Assembly: GCA_937928235.1 (NCBI GenBank)
Contig: CALEZE010000008.1
Coordinates: forward strand, 1 to 36,011
Reading direction: 5' to 3'
DNA length: 36,011 nt
DNA from: an uncultured bacterium
GTDB lineage: Bacteria; Patescibacteriota; Microgenomatia; UBA8517
The notes under the pieces were generated by a model that saw only the letters and a list, made by a program, of their open reading frames with translations, ran no database searches and was not told where the DNA came from. Every line of letters starts with the position of its first letter. Position 1 is the first letter of the stretch. Positions 9,830 to 18,776 of this stretch are shown piece by piece. A program made the translations under genes and the position numbers.

Positions 9830-11606
9830 GCTTTGATTTTACCACCCGCTTTTTCTTTGGGGAACTTTTTGGGAGTTTGCCTTTCCACAACGGGTAGCTT
9901 AGTAAACCAATCCAAGTTGCAAGTGATATGAGATCGCTCACTTTCCTCACCGGAGTGTCTTCAAGCCGGACTTCAATATCGTGTTCTCCCTTGGTTACAA
10001 CAAACCACATCCTTCCCCACTTTTCTTCTTCTGGAACAAAAGTTTCCGTTTCTTTTCCGTCTACATACACTGTCCAGCCTGGAAACTTAAATATACCAAG
10101 CCTCACCATATCAATATATCCACGCGCATTAAGTTTCACCCTTGCCCAATTTGTTCCCTGTTCTGTGCTCATTATTTCTCCTTCCCCGGACATAAATTCT
10201 GCTAAGTTTTTCATTGGTTCCTTTGGCGCAGTTTCGGCCCAAACAGGAAGGTAATCATAAATTCCGGCGGTTTGCTGTAAATCCCATGCAGCATTTGAAA
10301 ACTTTTCCTCATCTGTTAGTTTTCCCATCCTGCCGTTTTCTGGGACAAAGTAGTTCCAGTTAAGAATCACCAAACCAAGCGCAAGCACAATAGCCACCTT
10401 TTTCCCAAGCCTGTTTTTTTGCCAAAGATAAACAAGCGACCCAGCTATAAATGAGAATGAGAAAATAATTATCGTCAAAAACCTCCAAGAAAACTGAAGA
10501 TAGCCAAGTGGCGGAATTAGTTGCCAGATAAAAGTTGATCTGCTATGCGCAAGAAATGTAGATACCCAACCAACGGCAAACAGCAACAAGAGCATTCCGT
10601 AAATTGCTTTCTCCTCTTTCTTTTTTGCCAAACGAAGTTTAAAGGCACTCCAGGCACCAATGACCAAAGAGAGAATCCAGTGAATGTGTCCAACCTGGAA
10701 GGACATCCCGTCGTCTTTGACATCCCACACAGAAGGGCCATACCCCCAAAATCTCGAAACAAGAAGCTGCTTTAGGCTCACAAAGTGTGCGGTGTAATCG
10801 TAGTATCCAATAAGTTGACCCCTAATTTGTGTATACTTATTCTCCACCACTGCCGGAAATGTAAAAAATGCTGCCAAACCAAGTGCAAGCAAACCTGCTT
10901 TAATTAAATAGGGGAGAGACTTCCATGATTTTTCTCTCCACATCCAGAAAAGTGCCCAGATTACGGTCAATGGGCCAAAAATAAGAACCATGAGATTGTG
11001 CGACGTAAGGAGTGCAAAGGTGCTTAAAGCAAGACCGCCAATCCATTTGGTTAAGTTTTTCTTTTCTGTGACTATTTTGTAAGTAGTCCAAAAAATAAAT
11101 GGGAAGATTGCAAGAGCCCACGCCTCATTCATCGCCCCCCTGACATAAACATCCACAGCATGATATGGCGCCCAAATATAGAAAATTGCAGAGACTACCC
11201 CACCAAGTCGTTTAAAAAATTCCTGTGCCAACAAATACATCCCAACCCCGCTGACCAGGAATGACAAAGCAAACAACAGCTTTGCCGTGCTAATAAAGGA
11301 AAGCCCTAACACTCTTATCCCCTGCCCTATCAGATAGGGGAGAGGTGGATAGAAATTAAATAGTGGAAAACCAAACCCGTACCCCATATCCGGCACCCAT
11401 CGACAAGGAATCTGGCCATCTGCAAAACACTTCTCCATTTGAAGTTGCCTCATCATCTGCAAATCATCGTGCATATTGAAGTATCCCTGCTGGAAAAGGA
11501 GTGTCCGACTCGCCAAAATTGCAAAAAAGAGAACGATGACAACCGGCCAAAAATGAGGATTAGAATAAATTTTTCGAAGCCATTTCATCACAACTGATAA
11601 TATCAC
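9822..11606 (-). CDS. GT-C-like membrane protein of the YfhO / 'PTPS-related' (COG5617-like) type
   Basis: N-terminal MHDDLQMMRQLQMEKCFADGQIPCRWVPDMGYGFGFPLFNFYPPLPY, many TM helices, and a C-terminal FKFPGWTVYVDGKE beta-rich domain. The track start at 11606 is GTG (GTGA overlap with the upstream stop). An alternative ATG lies at 11588. Confidence 0.5.
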   Translation of the reverse strand: MILSVVMKWLRKIYSNPHFWPVVIVLFFAILASRTLLFQQGYFNMHDDLQMMRQLQMEKCFADGQIPCRWVPDMGYGFGFPLFNFYPPLPYLIGQGIRVLGLSFISTAKLLFALSFLVSGVGMYLLAQEFFKRLGGVVSAIFYIWAPYHAVDVYVRGAMNEAWALAIFPFIFWTTYKIVTEKKNLTKWIGGLALSTFALLTSHNLMVLIFGPLTVIWALFWMWREKSWKSLPYLIKAGLLALGLAAFFTFPAVVENKYTQIRGQLIGYYDYTAHFVSLKQLLVSRFWGYGPSVWDVKDDGMSFQVGHIHWILSLVIGAWSAFKLRLAKKKEEKAIYGMLLLLFAVGWVSTFLAHSRSTFIWQLIPPLGYLQFSWRFLTIIIFSFSFIAGSLVYLWQKNRLGKKVAIVLALGLVILNWNYFVPENGRMGKLTDEEKFSNAAWDLQQTAGIYDYLPVWAETAPKEPMKNLAEFMSGEGEIMSTEQGTNWARVKLNARGYIDMVRLGIFKFPGWTVYVDGKETETFVPEEEKWGRMWFVVTKGEHDIEVRLEDTPVRKVSDLISLATWIGLLSYPLWKGKLPKSSPKKKRVVKSKRG

Positions 11607-13159
11607 AACTTAAAAAGATAAAGTGTTTCTTGAGGGCCGTGGTGAACAAAGGACTCAACACCCTCCGGCCTGATGGCCTTTGGGAAAGCAGCAACAAGTT
11701 CTAGACCAAGCTCTTCTGGTGAAGCTTTAAGTCTTGTGCTGTTTATAACAAGATAGGTTTTATTTCCTGCCTCCTTACTCTCCAAAAGGCTTGATGGTAC
11801 TTCATTCAGGTTTAGCCCAACCCCTATGACGGTAATTTCTGGACGGTGATTCAAATACATTTGTAACCCATCTGGTAGGGTGCCAAAATACCCTTCTGTC
11901 CCTACAACGATCTTTTCGTCCGGGTTTGAAACAAGCTCGCTTTCCAAAATTTCTGCAGTTTCTCTTATCCCAGTTCCAGAGGTCCACTCTTCTAGGTATC
12001 CGGACCTCATGACTCTCGGCAAATTTGCCTTTTCCGCATCGTTTAGTAAAACATAATTAAACCACAATGCGTGAGCAACAAAACCCGCAATCAATATCTC
12101 TAATAGCACTTTTCTCTTTTTATAAAATGCGTTTTCTTTCGCGAACAAACTCGCGGCCAAAATTATCCCTGGTGCAAGAGTAAAAAGGACATACCTCGTT
12201 GTGAACGCTTTCGCATACATTGACTGCACCATAATGGGAATAAAAACCCATAGACCCAAGACAAAAGTTTCTTTATTTCTCTTCAACAAACCTGAAACAA
12301 GAGCCAAAAAGAAAGCAATTACTAGAAACGAAGGTCCTAGTGCCCAAAACCATTCGAGAACCCTGTCCATGTGGAAAATAAATGGATCCCTTGGGTTTGT
12401 CCACAAGTGAGAAATGGGCAAAACATAGTCCTTGTTTCTTGTGCCGATTAAATGGAAATTGGTCCCAAGTCTTAGAATGTTGTACATACCATAACCAATC
12501 ACCAATGTTGGTAGCAATAAGCCAAAGGACTTCACAAATCGACTAAAAATCCCACTCAGTTTTTTAGGCCATTTCGCCAAGAGCCAGACAGACGGAAGTA
12601 GTATTACAAAAAATACTGCAGGCGACTTAGTTAATAGTGCACCGCCTAAAGCAAACCCTGAGATCATTGCATAATCAAGCCGTAAAGATCTTGTGGTTAG
12701 TGTCGCAAAAAACAGTAACCACACCCCAAACATAGCAAGCATGGAATCAACCAAACCGATCCTGTCAAAAAATACAGCAAAGGGTGAGATTGCATAAATC
12801 AGCGACGCGACAAGGGCCGCTTTTTTAGATTTAAAAAGCAGAAGAGTTAATGCAAAGACCCCAACAAGTGTACCAAGCCCTGTAAGAACAGAGACAATTC
12901 TCCCTGCAACAAGTGGGTCCGAAAAAAGTTTAAACATGGGAATAACGGCCCACATAAAAAGTGGTTGCTTGCCGTCAGACAAGGGTAAAAACCTCAAAGA
13001 AGGTTCAGCTCTCATTACCTGGGCCCAGCGTATATATATAGCCTCGTCGGCGAAAACAGGCAATGAAGTTATGTTGTATGTCCGCAAAAAAAGCGCTAAA
13101 AGAATAATTCCGAATCCTAGAAAAATTGTACTCCTCCACTCTTCAACAAGCTTTTTCAT
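11603..13159 (-). CDS. ArnT/PMT_2-like GT-C membrane glycosyltransferase (GT39/GT83-like)
   Basis: LRTYNITSLPVFADEAIYIRWAQ (first-loop acidic motif), more than 10 TM helices and a C-terminal soluble domain ending ...ETLYLFKL. The start abuts the stop of the upstream DPM1-like GT2 with zero spacer. Confidence 0.7.
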   Translation of the reverse strand: MKKLVEEWRSTIFLGFGIILLALFLRTYNITSLPVFADEAIYIRWAQVMRAEPSLRFLPLSDGKQPLFMWAVIPMFKLFSDPLVAGRIVSVLTGLGTLVGVFALTLLLFKSKKAALVASLIYAISPFAVFFDRIGLVDSMLAMFGVWLLFFATLTTRSLRLDYAMISGFALGGALLTKSPAVFFVILLPSVWLLAKWPKKLSGIFSRFVKSFGLLLPTLVIGYGMYNILRLGTNFHLIGTRNKDYVLPISHLWTNPRDPFIFHMDRVLEWFWALGPSFLVIAFFLALVSGLLKRNKETFVLGLWVFIPIMVQSMYAKAFTTRYVLFTLAPGIILAASLFAKENAFYKKRKVLLEILIAGFVAHALWFNYVLLNDAEKANLPRVMRSGYLEEWTSGTGIRETAEILESELVSNPDEKIVVGTEGYFGTLPDGLQMYLNHRPEITVIGVGLNLNEVPSSLLESKEAGNKTYLVINSTRLKASPEELGLELVAAFPKAIRPEGVESFVHHGPQETLYLFKL

Positions 13160-13897
13160 CTATTTATATTTTCCAAGAAATGCATTCAATCTTACTCGCA
13201 AAAGATCTCGCAAACCCTCCCAGGAATCTTTTATGGGGTTAACCTTTGTCCCCTCTTGGTGTCTCCACTCAACAGGGACTTCTGCTACTTTAAATCCTAG
13301 TTTCCTGGCAATATATAAAACTTCCAAATCAAACCCCGCAGAAACTGAGGCTCCCATTGCACTTGCCTCCTCACCAAAAACTTGCATCTTTTTAAATATT
13401 TTTCTTGCAGCGTCTTTCTTGAATGCTTTGAACCCACACTGGGTGTCTTTAAACGGCAAACGCAAAACTATGGTTCTTAATAAAGAAAACCCAAAGGCCA
13501 TTGTCTTTCTAATGAGTGGGGCTGCGGCCCTGCCCTGTCTTGAGCCAATTGCTATGTCGTACCCCTCCCCTACTTTTTCTAATAGTTTTTCGACTTGATT
13601 TATTGGAGTTGCCTGGTCCATATCCGAAAACAAGATTATTTCACCCTTTGCAGCAAGCATGCCTGTGATAACTGTTGGTCCCTTACCTCTATGTGGTTCT
13701 GCCATAACACTAAACCCTTCATGCTTTTTTGCAAACTTTTCTGCCAACGCCAGTGTCTTGTCACCCGACCCGTCATCTACAATTAATACCTCCCATGTGT
13801 ATTTTTGCTTTTTTAGGTACCCATAAACCCAATCCAACACTCCCCTTTTGAGATTGCCCTCTTCATTGTATGCAGGAATCACTACTGATAATTTCAT
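13160..13897 (-). CDS. Polyprenyl-phosphate sugar synthase (DPM1 / ArnC / Alg5-like GT2, soluble form)
   Basis: LSVVIPAYNEEGNL...VLIVDDGSGDKT...FSDMDQAT...DIAIGSR...KDTQCGFKAF...DLEVLYIARKLGFKVAEVPVEW, the signature set of dolichyl/undecaprenyl-phosphate glycosyltransferases. Confidence 0.75.
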   Translation of the reverse strand: MKLSVVIPAYNEEGNLKRGVLDWVYGYLKKQKYTWEVLIVDDGSGDKTLALAEKFAKKHEGFSVMAEPHRGKGPTVITGMLAAKGEIILFSDMDQATPINQVEKLLEKVGEGYDIAIGSRQGRAAAPLIRKTMAFGFSLLRTIVLRLPFKDTQCGFKAFKKDAARKIFKKMQVFGEEASAMGASVSAGFDLEVLYIARKLGFKVAEVPVEWRHQEGTKVNPIKDSWEGLRDLLRVRLNAFLGKYK

Positions 13898-14028
13898 TCA
13901 AACCTTTCCCTTCTTTGGACGGTTATTCCGCCGAACTCTACCTCCTCGATGACCTCCCCTATTCCCTCGTGCCTTACGAGCCAGGCCTCGAGCCGTTCGG
14001 TGTGAGTCGGATCAGTCTCATAGAGAGT
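13894..14028 (-). other. 44 open codons plus TGA that continue the frame of the 14029..15462 gene past its TAA; likely the severed (or read-through) C-terminus of that GT-C gene
   Basis: Hand translation after the TAA (14031..14029) reads TLYETDPTHTERLEAWLVRHEGIGEVIEEVEFGGITVQRRERFE*. The terminal TGA (13896..13894) overlaps the ATG (13897..13895) of the next gene, as at other junctions here. VIEEVEFGGITVQR resembles IDEEWEVAGITLFK at the C-terminus of the paralog 16425..18014. There is no in-frame ATG/GTG/TTG. Confidence 0.45.
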
Positions 14029-15462
14029 TTACAAACTTTTCACCATTGCTTCCTCAACTAGGCCGCACAATCCCCCTCCACACCTCTCAGTACCCTGCCA
14101 CAAAAACAGATAGTCGTATGCGTGAGGGATAACGGGTGGAACATAAACATCTACATTAAATTTATCAAATTCCTTATCCCTGGCGTCTTCAAAAACCCAA
14201 TCAACAGCGGCCATCTGATTTTTAAAGTATATATCTGTTTCCCCGTTTACCGGATTAACTAAGTAATCTTTTACAAGTTTTCCGTTTGGAATAAAAAATA
14301 AAAACATAAAAACCACTACCAATACCATGCCTTTCCTCTGCCTCCAGAGTTCTCCCAGTAATAGTGCTGTTAACAATATAAACGGGAGAAAGTACCCAGA
14401 AATATAATATGTGTAAACTGCACCATGATTTCCGTGGAAAAAGAGGTATCCCAAGACTGGGGTTAGGAGAAAAATGGCAAAAAGAGGGGTCAACCCTTTT
14501 TTGAATTTCTTTCCGTTTGCTATGTAGAAAAGAGTCAAAAACCCAAAAACAAACTTAGCAACTTGTGGACTATTGATAAATACAAGATTACTAAAACCAC
14601 TCCAAAAAAACTCGAGTCTCGTTTCAAGCAGGTATTTTGTTATACCACTAAACGCCCTCTCTTCTAAGAAAAGTTCTGAGAAGTTATTAAAAAGTATATG
14701 GCCATGTCTAAAATCAAACAGGATTTGCGGAAGAAGAGTCGCAAAGAAGACTGCAGCGGAAAGTAAGGCAGTTTTAATACCAGGAGCATTTCCATTTTTA
14801 CCGCCTGAGGTCTTGTAAATTGCAACCTGCCAAATGGTAAATATGGCGAAAAGTGGAATATAAAAGACCGCACTTGCTGCCTCAAAATGCAAAGAGATCC
14901 CTACAATTAAGGCCGCCAACACCCACCAACGCCCCCCTTTTCTCTGGACTATCTTCCACAGAGCCCAAAGTAGAACAACGCTACTCAAGAGTATCGGGTT
15001 GGGATTAGAAAGCCATCTACTTGTAAGAAAAATGTGATACGAAAAGGCCCCTATTATTGCGGCCAATATGCCAGCTTCTTTGCTGTGCATTGTTTTGCCC
15101 AGGTAGTAGAGCATAAAAACTGCAAATGTCGAAAGTGCTGCTAAAAACACCGCTGGATAAACGGGATTCCCTTGGCCTAAGAAATAAAAAGGCGCCAAGA
15201 GATAATAAAAAAATGGGCCCAAAAAAATACCAGGCAGGCCTGTAACGGGGCCGATTAGAAATAGTCTGCCGTTCTTGATTAAATCCCAAATAACTAAGGC
15301 GTCGCGCCCTTGGTCAAAATAAAAACCCAGCAACTCATCAACCCTGTAAACTCTCACAAAAAAGGCCGCAATTAAAATAAAAAGTACACCTATATACTCG
15401 CTTTTGTCTTTTTTGAAATTTTTCCCGAAGGCTTTCTTCCAAGAAGAAATTTTATTTAGCAT
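14029..15462 (-). CDS. ArnT/PMT_2-like GT-C membrane glycosyltransferase, as annotated ending at an in-frame TAA
   Basis: RVYRVDELLGFYFDQGRDALVIWDLI parallels RLFRIDEYLTFLGDEGRDVIVVRRLL of 16425..18014. More than 10 TM helices, and the C-terminal domain contains VYVPPVIPHAYDYLFLW. Confidence 0.65.
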   Translation of the reverse strand: MLNKISSWKKAFGKNFKKDKSEYIGVLFILIAAFFVRVYRVDELLGFYFDQGRDALVIWDLIKNGRLFLIGPVTGLPGIFLGPFFYYLLAPFYFLGQGNPVYPAVFLAALSTFAVFMLYYLGKTMHSKEAGILAAIIGAFSYHIFLTSRWLSNPNPILLSSVVLLWALWKIVQRKGGRWWVLAALIVGISLHFEAASAVFYIPLFAIFTIWQVAIYKTSGGKNGNAPGIKTALLSAAVFFATLLPQILFDFRHGHILFNNFSELFLEERAFSGITKYLLETRLEFFWSGFSNLVFINSPQVAKFVFGFLTLFYIANGKKFKKGLTPLFAIFLLTPVLGYLFFHGNHGAVYTYYISGYFLPFILLTALLLGELWRQRKGMVLVVVFMFLFFIPNGKLVKDYLVNPVNGETDIYFKNQMAAVDWVFEDARDKEFDKFNVDVYVPPVIPHAYDYLFLWQGTERCGGGLCGLVEEAMVKSL

Positions 15463-16435
15463 ATTTCCTGCAAGTCTCTAGCACTTTTTCCACAGCTTCC
15501 TCGTAAGGAGTGTTCTCAATCCTCGCCCCGGAAGCAGCAGCGTGCCCTCCTCCTCCTAACTCAATTGCAATTTTTGAAACATCGAAATTAGTACGCGATC
15601 TAAATGACACTGAAAGATTCTTTTCTTCCGTCTCAACCATTACTACCCCGAAATTTGTCCCCTCCACACTCTGAAAAAATTCACTGGCAAGTCTTTCTTT
15701 TGCATCAACGGGTTTACCAAATTTTTTGTAAAGTTCAAATGGTGCAGCCACCCAAACAAAAGAGTGTTCGTTTTCTATTTTTATTCTAGATAACATTTCA
15801 GCCCAAAACGCAACCAGTTTTTCTGAAACCGTAAAGTTGATATTTAAGTTTATCTTGTCTTTATCAGCTCCCTTCTCAAGCAAGTTTGCGGCAAGCCTTA
15901 GCGTTTCAGGTGTTGTGCCTGAATAACGAAAAGAGCCCGTGTCTCCAATTATGCCGGTCAACAGACTTGTCGCCACAGCTTCATCAATAGTCACCTCCCA
16001 GTCTTCGAAAACTCTGTAAAGAACCTCAGCTGCTGAGTTAACTTCCCAATCAACAAGGTTTGCGCTTCCATATTTCGTATTAGTTTTGTGGTGGTCTATA
16101 ACAACAATATCTATGTTCGGTTTCTTAATATCTTCTGAGGCGGCAACCATTCCCCAACTGGCAGAATCTATACAGATAAATAAGTCATGTTGAGAAAAAT
16201 CGTATTTTTCAAAATCTACAGTCTCTATGGCTTCGAAGTTTTTCAAAAAACTCAAATTCTCACTCGCCCCTGTCGGGCAGATAACTGCCACATCTTTCCC
16301 CATTGTCCGCAACACCGAATACATGGCAAGGGCCGACCCTACAGAGTCCGGGTCAGGATTCCTGTGACAATTCACAAGAATTCTGTCGGCGCTTTGGACT
16401 TTGCTAAGAATTTCCTCGGACTCTTTATAATTCAT
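15452..16435 (-). CDS. nrnA: DHH/DHHA1 family phosphoesterase (NrnA-like oligoribonuclease / pAp phosphatase)
   Basis: HRNPDPDSVGSALA (DxD), VVIDHHKTN (DHH) and GGGGHAAASGA (DHHA1 GGGH) motifs. 11-nt overlaps with both flanking GT-C genes. Confidence 0.75.
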   Translation of the reverse strand: MNYKESEEILSKVQSADRILVNCHRNPDPDSVGSALAMYSVLRTMGKDVAVICPTGASENLSFLKNFEAIETVDFEKYDFSQHDLFICIDSASWGMVAASEDIKKPNIDIVVIDHHKTNTKYGSANLVDWEVNSAAEVLYRVFEDWEVTIDEAVATSLLTGIIGDTGSFRYSGTTPETLRLAANLLEKGADKDKINLNINFTVSEKLVAFWAEMLSRIKIENEHSFVWVAAPFELYKKFGKPVDAKERLASEFFQSVEGTNFGVVMVETEEKNLSVSFRSRTNFDVSKIAIELGGGGHAAASGARIENTPYEEAVEKVLETCRKYAK

Positions 16436-18014
16436 CGTTGTGTACTAATTTAAACAGGGTAATACCTGCAACTTCCCACTCCTCATCAATCTTACTCCAT
16501 CCAAAGTTGGCTATTTCGGCTTTGGGGTTACTTGTCGGCTGACACTTGTCTTTCGGGAGTTCGCAAATCACAAAAAGCTGCTCTGTTATTGTCTCGTCTG
16601 CCCTTTGTGCATCAATACCCACAATCGGGGCTCCATCCTTTTCCAAAAAGTACCAATATGCACCTTCATAATTTCTTTCCGCAATAACTGCAATATTAAA
16701 AGGTTCGCCGCCCGCCTCTTTGGTAATTTTTTCTGCCACCTCAATACTTCTTTGCATTTGTCTGTTTGGCGGCTCAAGTAGCGGGTTTTGTTTCAAGTTA
16801 AAAATGAAAAGCGCTGCCAAAACCAACCACACCACCATCTTTCCGGACTTACGCAAATTTTGCATTGCTCCATCAGCAAAACCTCCAATTAGCAAAAAAG
16901 GTGCAGCAAACATAAATCCATAATAGTGGTCGTATACTTGTTGTTTATATAACCCCAAACCAACAAGGCCTGTGGCAATCCAAAGCAATATTATCGTGTA
17001 ACCTGACACCTCGTTTTCTTTCAGCCTGTACCTGTTTAAAAGAAAGAAAAGTGAGGGTATTGATAAAACTGCCAGAACCCAACCTCCAACCTTTTCATCC
17101 CTTGCTCCAACCAACCTGGTTGACACCTCCTCGGCTATCTCTGGAAGTTTGGGTAAAGCATTCCAGGGTCTAGCTGAAACAGTTGTCTGCCTTTTTACAA
17201 AGAAATCGCGCATTGCAGAGAAGTTTCTCCAACCATGACGGGCATCAAAGATCACCAGCGGAGACATCATTAGGGCAAATAGACCAGCTGAAACCAGCGT
17301 GTACTTTATGAACCGAGGTCTAAAAGTTTCTGATTTCTTGTTTTTTATGTAAGTTATGAGCCAGTAAAACCCAAGGAGCGGTGCGAGAAGAAGCCCTAAG
17401 TAATGCGACTGCAGTGTCGCGGCAAAAGAGATTACTGCAACGATAAGCCATTTTAGTTCATTCTTGTGCCACATTCTCCAAATAGCATACACACTCAAAA
17501 GTGCAAAAAAGGGCATGATGTTGGGGTTCCAAGAAGACCGGGAATAAACAATAACTGTGGGAGAGACAGCAAAAAGTGCCGAAGCCACAACGGCTGCCAC
17601 TTTCCCAAACCATTCTCTAGCAACGAACCAAACAAAAAACACAGTTGCGACACCCAAAAGGGCAATAAAAATTGCAGGGCCCGCCGGTGAATAGTTCGCG
17701 AAATACAAGGCAGGAGCTATTAAATAGTAGTACAAAGGCCCAAGATACATGTTTCCAATGGAAGTCCCTGGACCAACCAGTATTGGGTCAAAATTAACAA
17801 GGAGTCTCCTTACGACAATAACATCCCTTCCCTCATCTCCAAGAAATGTCAAATACTCATCAATCCTGAATAACCTTAAAAATGCTGCCAAAAGCAAGAT
17901 GGCGACAAGAATTAAAAACTCCCGAGGGTTTGCCTTAACCCAAACTACAATTTTGTTAGCCCAAAAACGCTCTTTTAAGGTTTCCTTATAATTTTTTAGT
18001 TTCTTTTTGCTCAT
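16425..18014 (-). CDS. ArnT/PMT_2-like GT-C membrane glycosyltransferase
   Basis: RLFRIDEYLTFLGDEGRDVIVVRRLL first-loop motif, more than 10 TM helices and a soluble C-terminal domain ending ...EEWEVAGITLFKLVHNDEL. ATGA overlap with the upstream DPM1-like GT2. Confidence 0.7.
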   Translation of the reverse strand: MSKKKLKNYKETLKERFWANKIVVWVKANPREFLILVAILLLAAFLRLFRIDEYLTFLGDEGRDVIVVRRLLVNFDPILVGPGTSIGNMYLGPLYYYLIAPALYFANYSPAGPAIFIALLGVATVFFVWFVAREWFGKVAAVVASALFAVSPTVIVYSRSSWNPNIMPFFALLSVYAIWRMWHKNELKWLIVAVISFAATLQSHYLGLLLAPLLGFYWLITYIKNKKSETFRPRFIKYTLVSAGLFALMMSPLVIFDARHGWRNFSAMRDFFVKRQTTVSARPWNALPKLPEIAEEVSTRLVGARDEKVGGWVLAVLSIPSLFFLLNRYRLKENEVSGYTIILLWIATGLVGLGLYKQQVYDHYYGFMFAAPFLLIGGFADGAMQNLRKSGKMVVWLVLAALFIFNLKQNPLLEPPNRQMQRSIEVAEKITKEAGGEPFNIAVIAERNYEGAYWYFLEKDGAPIVGIDAQRADETITEQLFVICELPKDKCQPTSNPKAEIANFGWSKIDEEWEVAGITLFKLVHNDEL

Positions 18015-18736
18015 TTCAAATTATTCCAAGGTCTTGTGTTCAAAAGTCTGAAAAGCCCCTCTATATCGCCCCATGCTGTCTTTGCTACCTTTACAGTAGA
18101 TGCAGGGTCGTCTCGCCACACAATTGGCACCTCTTCAATTTTAAACCCAGCTTTGTCTGCGATAATCAAAAGTTCCGAATCAAAAAACCAACCATCGTCT
18201 TTTACTTCTGGCAAGAGTTTGTCGGCAGCCTTTTTTGTTATCGCTTTAAAACCACACTGCGCATCTCGAAAACTTGTCCAGAAAAGTGACCTAAAAAGAA
18301 AACTGTAGCCCCTAGACATTATCTCTCTTAGAATGGTCCTTCCGTAAACCTTCGCACCAGGTGCCAACCTTGAACCAATTGCAATGTCTGACCCATTCTC
18401 TAACTCCTCAATAAGTTTTGGGAAATATTTCAAATCGCTCGACAAATCAACATCCATGTAGGCCAGGTATTTCGCTTTTGCCTTCTTCCAGGCACGCTTT
18501 AGCGCCCTGCCTCGCCCTTTTTTGGCTAATCTAATATAACTAATATTTTTACTGCGAGACAATTTTTTCCCAATTGAAGGAGTTTTGTCTGTCGAGGCAT
18601 TGTCCAAAATCACTATCTCCCAATCATAGTTTGACATGTTTTTTTTCAAAAATTCCCTTACTTTTGGAACATTTACGGGTAGGTCCGCTTCTTCGTTGTA
18701 AACGGGTATTACAACGGCCAATCCTGCTTTTGTCAT
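18011..18736 (-). CDS. Polyprenyl-phosphate sugar synthase (DPM1 / ArnC-like GT2, soluble form)
   Basis: LAVVIPVYNEEADL...IVILDNASTDKT...YMDVDLSSD...DIAIGSR...RDAQCGFKAI...DSELLIIADKAGFKIEEVPIVW. I prefer the ATG at 18736..18734 (MTKAG...). The track starts at the TTG at 18742. Confidence 0.75.
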   Translation of the reverse strand: MTKAGLAVVIPVYNEEADLPVNVPKVREFLKKNMSNYDWEIVILDNASTDKTPSIGKKLSRSKNISYIRLAKKGRGRALKRAWKKAKAKYLAYMDVDLSSDLKYFPKLIEELENGSDIAIGSRLAPGAKVYGRTILREIMSRGYSFLFRSLFWTSFRDAQCGFKAITKKAADKLLPEVKDDGWFFDSELLIIADKAGFKIEEVPIVWRDDPASTVKVAKTAWGDIEGLFRLLNTRPWNNLK

Positions 18737-18742
18737 GCCCAA

Positions 18743-18776
18743 AGTCTAGCACAAATCGGCTGAGCCATGGTAATAT
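18743..18776. promoter_or_regulatory. Divergent pair of TGn-extended -10 boxes serving 18011..18736 (-) and 18784..19944 (+)
   Basis: Plus strand: TG-G-TAATAT (18768..18776), then TTGGGCA, then the ATG at 18784. Minus strand: TG-C-TAGACT (18751..18743), then TTGGGC, then the ATG at 18736. The -35 matches are poor, and no Shine-Dalgarno can fit. Confidence 0.35.

Noticed and set aside
12936-13598. 220-aa plus-strand ORF in the supplied track
   Set aside because: It lies entirely antisense to two well-supported minus-strand genes (an ArnT-like GT-C and a DPM1-like GT2). Its sequence is low-complexity (Ser/Lys/Phe-rich) with no recognisable motif. It is the typical shadow ORF of an AT-rich coding region.
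13898-14028. GC-rich 131-bp gap as a riboswitch or structured small RNA. Nested stems can be drawn on the minus strand, e.g. CCGAAC...GTTCGG and CTCGT-AAGGC-ACGAG.
   Set aside because: The open in-frame 44 codons, their similarity to the paralog's C-terminus and the terminal ATGA overlap explain the region better as (ex-)coding sequence. I recognised no known riboswitch or tRNA-like consensus. An RNA structure that promotes readthrough cannot be excluded.
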